A stretch of DNA of 64,000 bases from Calcarisporiella thermophila CBS 279.70 (Eukaryota; Fungi; Calcarisporiellomycota). The notes under the pieces are model-generated. The model had not been told where the DNA came from. It searched no databases and was given only the letters and a program-made list of their open reading frames with translations. The position numbers were made by a program, and so were the translations under genes. Shown in pieces: positions 12,050 to 25,255 of this stretch; the stretch's first letter is position 1; each line of letters begins with the position of its first letter. The stretch spans positions 329,477 through 393,476 of the forward strand of contig NW_027192200.1 of assembly GCF_041956535.1 (NCBI RefSeq), written 5' to 3'.

Positions 12050-15000
12050 TCATTTCAGCAAAAATTCCTCTCTCTCCTCAATGCTTTGCCGTAACACACC
12101 TGTCAATATAATCTCTGAACTATAAATTGGCAGAGGGGGGTTATGCCCGGTAAAATCTCGCCAACGGCCACGATCTTCTTCGCACGAAATAATAATTAGG
12201 TTATCAGGGGACCATTGCCGACGAGGAGGCAGCCGTGTTAATAACTTTCCACCTGCGCATTCAATAACACTCTTCATCAATTCTGGCTTGGGTTCTGCAC
12301 TAGGTGTCATGTAGATTTCAAGGCCAGCCAGAAGTTTATGTGTGCGTGCTTTAGCAAGGCTTGCCCTGAGTGAAAACTTGTAATTGCGCTCAGCAGCCTT
12401 GTCTTTTAGGAGATAGCTTTCTTCATCTATATTAAAATCAGAGTGACGTTGTATGTCATTCATCGCATTAATATCTTAGTTATCTAGTAGGGAGCTTACC
12501 AACTAGTCGCCCGTGCGATATGGAGTCCTTTACCCAATCATCCGAGAGGATGAAATGAGCAACTGACATCGCACATAAAAATTTTTCAGTACGCGCGACA
12601 TGATGGGCAATTAGATGAGTGCACTCATGGGGTACTTTTGCCATTTTTGCGCCAAGAGCTTTGAGTCCCTAATAACCACGTGTCAGAAATGCCTACAAAA
12701 AATATATCTATTTCATCCCTACGTTGATTTGAGCATTGGTGGGCTTGCATCCTGTCCACAGCACCTTCACGTACTGCCTGTTTGTTCGCGAAGGAGAAAT
12801 TCCCTGCGATGACGCGTCTCCAGTAGCAACCCGAATGGATCGTGAGGTGCGGGTTGGAGTAGATTCCCTATGTAAAATAAATGTAAATGTATTGTTATGC
12901 ACATTCCAGACGTGCAATAAGTTTGTTTGAACTGTAGGATTAAACGCTTACCTCTCTGCTGTTATCTTCGTCTTCTTGCTCAAATCCTTACTGGGGGATT
13001 CGTCCCAACTCTGCTCCACAGCCCTGCGTTTCCTTTTCGTCTGAACTGATTTTTCTAATCCATTTCCTTCTTGCTCGCTTATTCCAGAATTCGGAGGTAA
13101 TGCCCCAAAAGGTGATATTCCTTTGTTTTTTCCTCGGGAACTCATGATATTGTTATCGGGAGTTTGTTCTCTATTTGGAGTTCGACGTGAGATTGAAGGA
13201 CTCTTGCGCTTCTGTGCCCGCATTTCGCTCTCAAATGCATTCATATCCGGCATTACCGTGTTGTGCAGTGCTTCTATAGCCGCAGAAGCCGCCTGTCTTC
13301 TGCGATAATCAATTGTTACTATTGCGCCTTCGCTGTTAGGGTGGATAGGTGCCATCCAGGTCAACTCAGCTGGAGTTTTCACATCCATAGTGTGCGGGAT
13401 TTTCTCTATTGTACCAAATACAGCCTTTTTCTTTGTTGGCGTATGATACCGTTCATCCGTTCTGATCGCATTAGCCGTTGTGTTTTCTAAATTGTTTTTG
13501 GAATACGCAACCGTCCCTGGCAAGTTTGCGAACCACTGCGCGGCAATCTCACTTGGGATGTTGGTAGTACCAACAATATCACATAGGCCATTACCAAGCG
13601 GAAAGGTGGTATAGCGCTCTTTTGATATACTCTGACAAGCCCACTGCTGAAAAGACTCTTCGAGCCAAAGATGATTGACGACATTTACATTCCAATCTTG
13701 TGCCTTTTTGAATTTTTCTCCATTTTGACTAGTCATATAAACAAAAAGTGGCATAGATGAAACTAAGCTCTGGAAGCAAAACTCCTTGGTCAATTCAAAT
13801 TAGAAGACTACAATTATATTTACCTGGCACATACAAGATGGGTGTTCTTTATTGTCATGTGAGGAGTATAAGTAGCACCTATCATTGCTATCATCTTCTT
13901 GAGATATTCTCGTGCAGGGCCAAAATAATTAGAAACAGTGATAATCTAATATCAAACAGAGATAATCATCAATAGAAATGGTATTCCATTCTAGTGAAAC
14001 GGTACTTACGTAATTGCTGAACTCAGGACATGGGTCCGTGGGGATAGGATAATTTAATAGCTGTAACTTAGGCGACACCAATTTCTCTCTCGTCAAGATG
14101 TGAACTACCCAGTGTAGCGAGCCAACAAGTTTTCCATCCCTTGATGCCTGTACATATTCTGATCCGGATCTATACTTACAGACCAAACAGTCGACGGAGT
14201 CCCGTTCATATCCGGCTTCAGCTGGGACGATGATGGCACCTGCCTTTTCAAGAGCAGTCTCAAAACTGCGGCGCATATCGGCACTAATACGAAGGCTACT
14301 TGATAGAAGGAAACGCACGTCTTTAAGAAAATTTTCTTTGGGAACAGGAAGCTGGATGTTTTGGTTAGCAAGTGGAGTAAGGACAGAAGATTTCTGTCCT
14401 GCCGCAGAAGTGGACTTTTGGTTGGATCCGCTCGTATTCTGCTGATCCAGTCCAAAGCCAACTTGCAATACAGGTGGATCGGGAAAGAGATAAGGAGTAT
14501 CAGGAAGTAGACGATGAAGCCGAAAGCAGTCATTAAACCAGTGCGGTAGGATGATTTTGATTAAGGAATCAGAATGTGCTTTTGCCCTGTCATATTTTTC
14601 CTAGTGAATGGACATCATCAATGAGAATAAACACATCAAAATCTATTCGACTCAATCGCATACTCCGTCCGGAGCCAATACTATAAGGTGGGTAACATCG
14701 CTTGTTAAACTTGTGCGCCATTGTCCTCCAAGCGCCTCTATACCTCCGAATATTTTCTCCACGTCGCCTTGGGGGATCTAAAATTTTAATAAATATGTTA
14801 TAGTTGACAGAGTGCGTATAGGTCGGAAATTCTCATACCCCAGATGTTGTAACGACTATCCCAGAGAAAATTTTCTCCTGTTCTGGCGAATAACACTCGG
14901 GTCTGGTTGTTAAATTAATATAATAATTAGAATCAGAGATGATGAAGATCAATGTTGAAGATTACTTGGGAAGCGACTTGTGCTTGACGGCATTTTCCAC

Positions 15001-15397
15001 CCATAAAGGCTTTTTGTAAGCAATACAACAAATATATCATCAATCTTTATAATGCTGCTTGGATAATGGCTTACCGTAACGATCGACACATTTACAGCTT
15101 TTGCTTTTTCCGCCATCGGGAAATCCATGTCATTTGCCACGATATGGGTAGTTAGTGCAAGATCCGGGAGATTATCGACTTGTAATGGCGCAGGTTTGGC
15201 ACCATTTGCATCAAGTAGTTGAGCCAGCTATTTTAGGTGTCGATAAGAGAATGCAATTTAGAGGTTTAATAATCAGACTTTAAACATACTCGATGTTTTT
15301 CAATGTTTCCCAGACGCGGATGCAAAAAGTATGAAACATGGAAAAAAAGCGGTGAATCCGTATCCTTGTCGGCCCTTTCACCTTTTATTTGGTCCAT
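12050..15397 (-). CDS. Multi-BRCT DNA damage scaffold (Brc1/Rtt107/PTIP-like), multi-exon
   Basis: About six BRCT repeats: FSGIVVTTSG, GIEALGGQW...VTHLI, GSLHWV, VVNHLWLEESF, CTHLIAHHVARTEKFLCAMS..ILSDDWVKDS, LLAGLEIYMTP...SVIECAGG. Confidence 0.85.
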
Positions 15398-15969
15398 TCT
15401 TGAATTTAATGGAGAGAAGGCTGAACACTTCTCTTGTCACGTCAAAAACTATAACCTCGTATGAACGAATTCACGAAAATACGCGTTCATCATAAATTAA
15501 AATGTGGCTTCAGTATCTTGGTGGCTTGTATTTGGCTGAATTTTAAGGGTGACTTAGAGTATATACTCGAATTAATAATCAATTAAAAAAATTAAGCTCA
15601 ACCACTCTATTGTCATTTTGACTTATTCAATCTTTCCTCCTGCTATTTTTATTTTCGATATTGGGGACACGATCGAATATGTTCCAAATCAACGTTGATT
15701 TCAGGCTGAAAATCAGAAATGTCGCATTAGTCTAAATTAAATCGATCTTTTAGTTTACGTGTTTTATCTTTTCAATTCTTTTTCTTTTGTTTTTATTCTC
15801 CTGTGATGCTATAATATTCAGTGGAATTTACTCTCTTTATTAATAATGTCGCATTAACACTTTTAATCCACTCATTTCGTTTTGGATTTCCTTGTTCCAA
15901 CTTATTTTTTTATTTATATAACCTCTTCCTAATCGATATAATTGTTTCAATCTTTACTGGCACCATCTG

Positions 15970-18900
15970 ATGCAAACAAGCATTCCCCACCCACTTCGAA
16001 AGCAACTTCCACCACAAGGGCCAGTTAATATGCCCATGCAAGCAGCAGTAAGGTTTAATGCTTATTAGATTGTAATATAGAGTTCTAAATTTTCTTGATG
16101 ATAGCCGAGGATTCCACCAATACAGATAGGGCCATTAATGTTAGATGAATCGATGAGAATAGATGCCAAGGTAATTGTCCACAAACATATTTGAAAACTG
16201 AATCAGCATCTACGTCAAGTACTAATTTAAAAATCATTTTAGTCATCGGGTCCAAGCTCATATCCCCTTTTAACGCGGGAGCAGTCGATCCCCAATCCAA
16301 TGAATAAGCCTCCTTACTCGAGTGCCAATGTTTCAACTATCTCAAAAGATGCACGTGGCGTAAATGTATTAAACGGTGATACCCCACCTGGAGGTCCCCA
16401 GTGGGTGAATCCGCTCATGGAATTAATTGAATTGGAACAGCAATATGTCCGGGAACTTTCTCTAATCAACGAAGTACTTGTTCTCTTTTTAAACCAAATT
16501 TACGATTGCTGTGTAATACTATTCTCCAACTTCTACATAGATATCCGACCTCTCGGGTGCATACGAACAAAAGCCATTAGAGCTGGATGTGATGTTGAAG
16601 AATTTTCAAGAGATATTTAAAGTCAATAAGCAATTTTGCGAGGTATGCACCCGCTGGTTCTCTCGATTGAATGGATTCCCATTAACAAGCTCTTGATTCG
16701 TAGAATCTTGCAAGAATCGGTCCGAACCCAGTCTCTCCTCGTGAACTTGGTGACTTATTGATGCAATGGGTATTTTAAGATTATATATTAAACATGTTGG
16801 AGGAAGTCTGACTATTTTTCAAAATGTCAGGTGGATGAAATGGAATATCCATATACAAAATATTGCAAGGAGTTCTCTCGGGGTTTGGATATGATGGATC
16901 AAGTGATTAATAATTCAAAATTACAACAAAAGCTAAAGGTAGCCACCGGTGACCGGGCCTTACAAACTCTTGACTAATATTTTTTTTCAGGCAATATCAT
17001 CTCAGAAATTCCATGAGGTTACCTTGGATTATCTCTTTAATTTGCCGCTGGAAAGACTCTACGAATACAAAAATCTATACAGTGTAAGAAAGAGGATTGT
17101 CTTATTTATATTATGTTTGCGGCTAATTATAGATATTCCTTCTGATAGCGGCTATATCAAAGCAGTCAACCAGGTCGTACAGATCATGATCTTCTCTTTA
17201 AAGCCAACCAACGATTGGATTCTGTACTAAGATTAGCGAACATGGCTCGAGAAAAGAGGCCGGCTAATCCCTCAGGGGGAAAATCCCCTGAGATGTATTT
17301 CCCAAACGGGAATGGACATCCTCCCCCGTCCCCGATGAGTGCCTATAGCGCGAATGAATCGACCCTCTCCTCTCCATCAAGAAGTCCAGCAGTATCGCCC
17401 TTGCCTTCGCCAATGAGAATGGATTTCCACCATGGAGAGGAAGCTGATCCTATTGTGGCTTTTGAGCGGACCATCAACTGTTCTTACGTTAGAGATCTCT
17501 TCACACTACAACCAAAAGTAATTTCTATCAATTTTTTCCGCCAAAACATACATTATCAAATGACTTTTTTTATTTAGAAATGTAAACTGCAACTCTGTCC
17601 TCCAGGAATGTCTGTACGGCGCCACATTATTATGCGCGGTGATCTCCTTGTTAATATTGATAAGAAGTTTGAACCGGCTACTGGAGCTCCTGTCAATCAT
17701 CGAGGTCACGTCGTTCTGTTGAATGATCTCCTATTAATTTGTCGTCGAGCCACCGCCCCAGAGTTGAGCGAGATGGCAGGGGTGGAGCTCTTTCTTCTCT
17801 ATCCTCCACTAGCCGTGCGGCATATATACTTTGCTCCAATGGATGTTTCACCTGAAGGTTTCTATATAACATTCATTATTCACGCCCATAATTGGACTGA
17901 GGCATTGACGGCTTCTTCATTATATCTCTAAAATAGATATGCGATTTGAAGTGGTCGTGATGAAAAAAGAGCGCTTCATAATGAGCGCGGCTTCCCGTGA
18001 TTCTAGGAATCAATGGCTCCTAGAAGCAGAACGCTGCGGATTAATACTTGAAAGTGATGGGATGACTTCATTTCAGCGTATGCTAAATAATCGCCAAACT
18101 GGACCTACAACCGGTATTAAGAAGCCACTGATGCCTACCCAAGTTCAAGCCCAGGCTCGACAACAAACGAAACCAACATCGGGATTTAAAACAGCCCCTG
18201 AAGGATATTATGCCCCCCCCCCCTAAATCGCTACCCTTGGGGACCGGAAGACAACCAGAACTGCGGGTCGATACCAGCCATTTACCAAGGGAACTCTCAA
18301 ACCCAAACAATCGCTCTCCCATCCTTCATACTGGCCGTTCTCCGCCCCAATATGGTTATCCTCTTCAAAAAACGCTAGGTCATCCCCCTCCCCCCTCATC
18401 ACATACATCTCGTAGCATTTCTCCTCAACACTCACCAGGATTATCCCCAATGTTATCCCCAGGGATGCCACCGTCTTCTCCCGGAAGTGCACATTCATCT
18501 CCGCATAGTTTGCTGCCGACACCAATGTCGGCCGATTTCCTAACCGTTGATCCAGAGAGATCTATGTTGCGACAAGGGCGATCCGTCTCAATGGCCTCAG
18601 TAGCCTCAACCGCGACTGTGCGAGATATCTTGTTACGAACGGGATCTTGTGACGTGTCAAGGCGTAAAGAGGGCGAATGGGCTATTCTCCAAGAGGATTG
18701 CATTGTTGAGATTCGCTTAACTTCTGCAGACAAGGGCTGCATAGCGATTCTTCTTGAGGAGAAAGGCCACATGCTTCTGAATGCGTGGATATTGCCCACT
18801 ACCCATGCAGCGCTTCGATCCCAAACCGAGTTAGAGCTGGTGTGCGGGGTGGGCGGAAAACAGGAAGAATATTTGCTACACTTTGATATTCCACAGGATG

Positions 18901-19364
18901 CAGAAGCAGTGTACGGAATGTTGTGGAGATTAAAAAACCACGCGGGGGCGGGTGGAGCCGGTGTCGACGACGGTCAGTTTGTGTCGCGATCTGCAAGTTT
19001 GGCCGCCGACGAGGAAGCGCATGCAAAACAAACTTTACACCCGATATTACAGGCGCGATGCAAGGTCTATCTACAGAACGAGTATGCAAGCTGGATGAAT
19101 CTCGGGACGGGTAAGATGTGGCTCTCCACCCAAATGCCATCCCAGAAATTCCACGTGCGACTTGAGAATGACAAAAATAGGATGTGTCTGCTCAATGCGG
19201 TGATCGTTCCCGAATGGGTTGAGCGACTTGCGGCGCGTAGACTGACAGTTATGGTGCAAAATGCTAAAGGATTATCGACGGTGTACATGGTGCAATTCAA
19301 AGATGAGGGAACAACCAATGCCATTTTCGAGCATTTTAGACGAAAACGAAGCGGCGTGAGTTAA
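15970..19364 (+). CDS. RhoGEF (DH-PH) protein with Pro-rich linker and two C-terminal PH-like domains; apparent 1-nt frameshift in a C11 run at 18213-18223
   Basis: DH: LMELIELEQQYVRELSLI, YPYTKYCKEF, TLDYLFNLPLERLYEYK; PH: RHIIMRGDL, HVVLLNDLLLICR, SRNQWL; C-terminal CKVYLQNEYASWMNLGTG. Confidence 0.75.
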
Positions 19365-19726
19365 CACCTTGTTAAATGTGACCCTTGCGTTGCTTTTATT
19401 AATTTTTTTTAATCACATACATATCTCTATATTTTTTTCTTGAGTCTTTCCCCAAACTATATATGTTGTAAAGGATTGGGAGCAAAACAGATCAGTCGAC
19501 CACTTTTCTTTCTCTTTCCTAATTACTTATCTACTCTGTCTTCTATTCGTATATTTGGAATTTCTTGTATCTTATATTTTTATGAATACTATTGCTTCTT
19601 GCTACTAGCAAGAGGCTAGTCGGTTTGAGGACATCTACTTCTAGGTTCCCGAAAAAAAACAAATGTTTATCAAAACTTATTAATAATATAGAATCTTATT
19701 ACAGTAAGGCAAAGCGAATGCGAGGG

Positions 19727-20181
19727 TTAGGCCGCGGACATGGCGGTTTCTGACGGAATCGGATCCTTTGGATGTTTGGCTTCCATATGATTCACCACGA
19801 GTTTATAGTTCGCTATAGGTGTCTAAAATAAGTATATCTCTTTGAGTTGGAATTCGATCAGGCAACCAAAATACAGCTACTTTACTTTACAAACCGGGCA
19901 TTTCATTTGAAGACCAGCTTTACGAGCATCGAGCTGTGATTGACCACCTTTCTTGGACTCGGCTAGCTTGCGTGCCTTTTCTCTGTGGGTAATCGCATAG
20001 AATGAGATGGGTGAAGGAATTCTATAAACACATAATTGAAACAAAAAGATTATTTGCTCCATTACCTGGCTTGTTCCTAAAGAAAATAACCAAAGGGCAA
20101 TAGGGAAAATAGAGAGATCAACATATGGAAAGTGAAAGAATTATTGAGGATATACACAACCTTTTGCTTACCACGGGTCAT
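19727..20181 (-). CDS. ZNF706: Small 4F5/ZNF706-family zinc-finger protein (4 exons, including an 11-nt micro-exon at 20066-20076)
   Basis: Spliced: MTRGKQK-EQAR-EKARKLAESKKGGQSQLDARKAGLQMKCPVCK-TPIANYKLVVNHMEAKHPKDPIPSETAMSAA*. Confidence 0.85.
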
Positions 20182-20478
20182 ATTGAATTCAGTTGTAATG
20201 CCTTACTTGTTCTAGCTATCGATACCTTTAATAGTCAATAGCTCCAAATCGAAGCCACGATATATCTCGACTTTTTGACCGCCAATTTTCTCGAACAAAG
20301 AGAATCCGGCTTTACTATAAGGATGAGATAGAGGCTGATACTGAGTTGGCTTGAGAGAATATGGTGTATTAACTTCTTTTTATATATAACTTTAAGTCCG
20401 GTCTTGAATCGACTCCTTGTATCCATCATAAGGTTGTGGAGCACACTTGTTTAGCTTTTTAAGATCATTACTCTGGAG

Positions 20479-20522
20479 AATTTTATCCAAACTCGCACAA
20501 GTGTGCGAGTTTGGATAAAATT
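20479..20522. repeat. Perfect inverted repeat, 21-bp arms with a 2-nt spacer
   Basis: AATTTTATCCAAACTCGCACA-ag-TGTGCGAGTTTGGATAAAATT. Confidence 0.95.
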
Positions 20523-20816
20523 TCAATATAATTGCCTTTTAATTGTTGCGATATGTCCTTGGAAACCCCGAAGGATATAAACTGCGGATATCACTATCGA
20601 AAACAAGCTTTAACCCAAGGGCCAGGATCGCTAAATCGAATTTCTCTCCATTCACATATTGGTAAGTATTTTTACATCTACACTTGCTATGCTGTTATTG
20701 AGGGAAGAAAGAAGTAAAACCCGAATCATTTTATTTTGGAAAGCAGCCCAATCATGAAAATTAAACATTTATTGTAAAGATACTCCTTATAATTGCTATG
20801 AATTGAATATAAACCT

Positions 20817-21059
20817 TTAATCATTCATACATGTATTGCCATAGGCCGGGTTAAGCACTCCTACAGCGTTGACAGTAAGGCCACATGCATTGACTGGTAT
20901 ATGAATTGGGGCCTTGATATTATTGCCGCTTACAACACCTGGTGAATCCCATGCATCCCCAGCACTAACAGCACCTACTCTACCAACTCTAACAGAAACT
21001 CCTTTAGATTGCGCAGCAAAAATAGAAAACAGACCAACAAATTCTGGTGTGTATTTCAT
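20817..21059 (-). CDS. Secreted short chaplin (ChpA-C/DUF320 domain), Streptomyces-like
   Basis: Signal-like N-terminus MKYTPEFVGLFSIFAAQSKG, then A.G.A..SPGVVSGNNIKAPIHIPVNACGLTVNAVGVLNPAYGNTCMND, which follows the chaplin consensus SPGVLSGNVVQVPVHVPVNVCGNTVNVIGLLNPAFGNTCVN with both Cys. Confidence 0.9.
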   Translation of the reverse strand: MKYTPEFVGLFSIFAAQSKGVSVRVGRVGAVSAGDAWDSPGVVSGNNIKAPIHIPVNACGLTVNAVGVLNPAYGNTCMND

Positions 21060-22518
21060 ATTGCAAGAGTATATAATGACTAGATTTAGTCAAGTAGTAT
21101 CGGGCTGAATAGCTGATGTTTTGAAATGATAAAAAAAAGTGAAATTTGTGTATAACTATAATGATTCGGGTAGGGTTGGCCCTAACTATACTGAATACTG
21201 GAAAAGTGCTGTATTAAATGGAGGAAAGTTGAGGTTTAGAATAGGCATATTTATATGGGATATGCACACTAGCTTTGGACGGATCGGGTATTCCTTTGCG
21301 GTTTAAGTAATAATAGAAGCATGTACATCGCTAATCATATAATTGAGAACTGCCATTGATTACAGAAATGGTTGCAGTATTGACAAATGCTATCATGAAA
21401 ATTGCGACTAAGAAAAATGGATTTCATGCTTATCGAAGTAGCTTGGATATTATTGGTGTTATACTGACATTTGAAAAGAACTGATTATAAAAAATGTTTG
21501 AGAAAAATGTGGTGTCATTTATATAAGGTATACATACTAGCCGTTAAGTGTTTGGTGTGTTTTCGCTGTAACTTAATCTATTACCCCGGCGAAGGAGGCT
21601 TGCAGAACAACCAAAATGAAGAATTTATAATTCCATTTAAAGAATTATGAAAAAGCCAAACATTGTAGTGGAGCAAATGGCTAGTAGGGTGAGTAACTTT
21701 AGTGGTGAAAGCATCATATTCACCTATTTTGAAAAATTAGGCATATTATTACGAAACCTACATACTATATCATCATGCAGGAGTTGTCCCCATTGGTATC
21801 TGATTTGTCTGCCTACCTGCAATAGACCCTGTACGAAGTAATATTTGCTCTAATGGATATACATGAATGTATGAAGAGGTGGAATCATGTTCAGTGATGA
21901 TTCGCTTGCTAATTTCAGAATGGCCAATCAACTTTGGGATATTCATAAGGATTCGAGTGAATTTGAGCATGCAGCTTTAATACAGCTTAGATCAACTTTG
22001 CTGATGTGTTTGCTGAAGATTTTTACCGGTGGAGCCGAATGATCGAGATCCTAGATAAAACGGCTAACAACGAAAAAGAGCTTTATGACAGAGTTGCGCG
22101 AATGCCTTCTGGGAAAATGGAAAGCCTACAGACGAGGATTGCGGCCGCTGATAGTAATAAAGAGGGAAACTAATCAAGCAAATAGGCGTATCCGTTAAAG
22201 TTTAGCAAAGGTTTGACATCACTCAGCTCCTGCAAGCACCGTCAATAGAGTCGAGCATACCCTCTCGAGTCGACCTGCCTTTCGCGGTATTGCAGCGACT
22301 TTGCAGCAATTCTATTGGCCGATGCATTGAATAGTTTAACAGCACTCCCCAATAACTCGAGCTGCATGGCCGATCATGGCTTTGTTTGGCAGCAGGCGGC
22401 ATCAAAGACGGGTTGGCATGAAGTTGTCGAAATTGCAGGCATGGGCGGGGCCTCCACCCCGTATAAAGAGGAAGAGCCTTCGGCCATCGTCGAATCTTAC
22501 TCAGCCGACCATTTCAAT

Positions 22519-23122
22519 ATGAAGTTTCCCCCGCTCCTTGCGGCTGCCTTGTTGGCCTCCCTCTCCACTTTTGCTGAAGGTGGCAGAATCATTCCTGTCA
22601 AATGTGATGCACGTGCGCGATACCTGGCCACGAGTAATAAGTAAGATTCCCCATTTACTCCTCCCAGTGCTAGGAACTCATGTCGGGCTCTACAGGCACT
22701 AACCAAAATTTTTTTCCTGCTTACTCTTGTTAACTTGTAGCGCAGATATAGTGCCTTACCCCCCAGTGGCTGGCCAAGATGTCACCTTCACTTTAGATGT
22801 TCATCTAGATCAAGCTGTGGACGGTGGAACTATCAAATATTTAGCTATAATTGGTCCTGTTACGATGCCTGAAGAACGCAGCCTCTGCGCTATGGTCGGT
22901 CAGCCTCCTTCTTGCCGACTTCAGAAAGGGGATCTCAGATTGACGTTTAAGCACAAGGTTCCTCTACCAGCGGTAAGGAGAGAATTTAAACGGAAAAAAC
23001 TCAAATATTGATAAATGCAATTGTACTTGTAGAAAGGTAGAAATATGGAACACGAGCTACGGGCTTTCGATAACGCCAGACGTGAAATTTTTTGCTATAA
23101 AGGCAATACCAAAGTTGTTTAA
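22519..23122 (+). CDS. Secreted ML (MD-2-related lipid-recognition, NPC2-like) protein 1, 3 exons
   Basis: Signal peptide MKFPPLLAAALLASLSTFAEG; Cys pattern C...IVPYPPVAGQDVTF...SLC...SCRLQKG...REIFC; TATAAA at ~22462. Confidence 0.8.
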
Positions 23123-24652
23123 GTTAAGAATCAAGCATTAACGTATGTAATGTGCACACACTTTCTGAGTTAGCTTTGCGCTTCTTCATACTATTTGTCG
23201 TTTGAAATGAATGCCAATCTTGGTTTGAATAAAATAGCTAAAAATATACTACTTAAGAGCACTACAATTGAATAATTCAATATTGAAGAACTCAATTATT
23301 GAGTTCTTCGATCAGATCGAATACAAAAATGGGATTGAGTAGCATGATCCAGCATGAAAAGGCGGAGCTTCTCTCGCCGCTCAAAGATTATTGCTACCAA
23401 AAAGGAATCTCTCCTGCTACACGGACTATTATATCTCCCGCACTTCTTTCCTATACTATAGATAACCGAGACTGCAGTTTTTCTCTTGATACCTAATTCT
23501 ATCCATATTATTTTTAGTTTATGAAAAACATAAAGAAATTAACGTACTGAAATCAAAATAGCCAAGAGAAGTAGTGTTTATTCACCTTGGGCTGGGGTTT
23601 TATTGGCTCAAAGAAGGGCTAACATGACTTCACTAAAGCTTTAGAATTTCTTTCCCGCATCCAAGTACGGCAATTTTGCTTAAAGTATTTTAATACTGAC
23701 CAAATGTTCTTTGTATGCAACAAGGGATGCGGTATCCGCTGAAGCTCGCCTGGGTACTCTGCTGTGACAAGGTTGGCAAGCAAAAAGATTCAAAACAGGT
23801 AAGTGAATAGTGTTGACATGGCATATATAAATGCAAAGTATTTTGTCTACAGAGGCTGGTTTATTTAGTACAACTTATATCCAATTGAATGTAAAGCTGC
23901 AACACGTAGAAGAGTATTCAGGAATAATGGCTCTAAATGATGACTCTCAGAAGGAGATAGGAATAGGTTGAATCATGTATGTTTTAATTATAGCTAATTT
24001 CTGTATGGCCTGTTGGTTTCGGGTTCACTATAAGGTTTCAAATGGATGTAAATTTTATATAGAATTCTATTTCGTATTAGCTCATATCAAGAAAATTCTT
24101 TCTGCTGTGCTCTCATGATTCCTGTCCTTGGAGTTGAATGAGAACAATCTGCACTTCTCTTATCAGTTGATTTATATGGAAGGTCTGATTAGAGTTGTGA
24201 AGGCGAGAGATGATGTCATTTACCGAAACCATGAAAGATTACACTTGAGAGTTAGAGTAGACGATGTCAATAAAGAGTGGGAAAACCGATTTCGCAAAAA
24301 TGTGTATCTGGGTAGGTTGAACTACTGTGAGCATTAATTACATAATATAGCACCTATAGTTTACGAAATCCTCTGGGTATTTAGACAAACACTTGCTCTC
24401 AAGCCGATATTCGTTTCACGGTATTCCAGCCACTCTGCGAGAAGCATTATTGGCCGATCCATCGAATCAATTACCAACCTTCAACAAATGCTCAATGCGT
24501 CTGGTCGATCATGGATTTTTATTGGCATTCAGGTGCATCAACAGCAGATTGACAAGGAATTTTTCGCATGAAGTTCTCCACTCAAGCTTATAAAACAAAA
24601 AGGCTCTTATCTATAGTCAAATCCTCTCCCCTATTCTTCCAAACATATCGAT

Positions 24653-25255
24653 ATGAAGACTGCCTTAGTCTTTGTGGGGGCTTTGTTACCCATCCTCTCT
24701 ATTGCAGCTGAAAAAATCCATTACGAACCATGTGGAAATAGTCAACTTCTTGGAAGGTTAATATCCTTTTTCTTTCTTATCCCAGTGCTAGAAACTCTTT
24801 TTCAATTCTCAATCCATCTTTTTATTTGCTTTCTTGCCCACTTTGGCTTAACATGATAGACAATCCATCATACAAGTTACTCCTGATCCTCCAAAAGCTG
24901 GCGAATCCATCAGTATAGTCGTCACAGTCGTTCTTGATACACTAGTGGCAGGTGGAACGAGTACTCTATCATCCTCTGTTGGTGCCCTAAGTCTCGCGGA
25001 TCACTTCAATCTTTGCGAAATCGCTGCGTCGGGAGGTGATCGTTGCCCTCTCCAACCAGGTCGCCACCACTTTAAACTTGTCCACAATGTTCCTGCACTC
25101 GCGGTAAGAAGAGAATTTAAATAGGAAGTAACCAAATATTTATATTTGCAATTTTATTATAGGCAAATCAAAGGTTGGATTTCAAGTTTGATGCGAAAAC
25201 TGACGACAGTCGCATGCTATTTTGCTTCAGTGGATATGCAGATGTCGTTCAGTAA
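24653..25255 (+). CDS. Secreted ML (NPC2-like) protein 2, 3 exons; tandem paralogue
   Basis: MKTALVFVGALLPILSIAAE..YEPC..VTPDPPKAGESISI..NLCEI..RCPLQPG..RMLFCFSG; TATAAA at ~24589. Confidence 0.8.
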
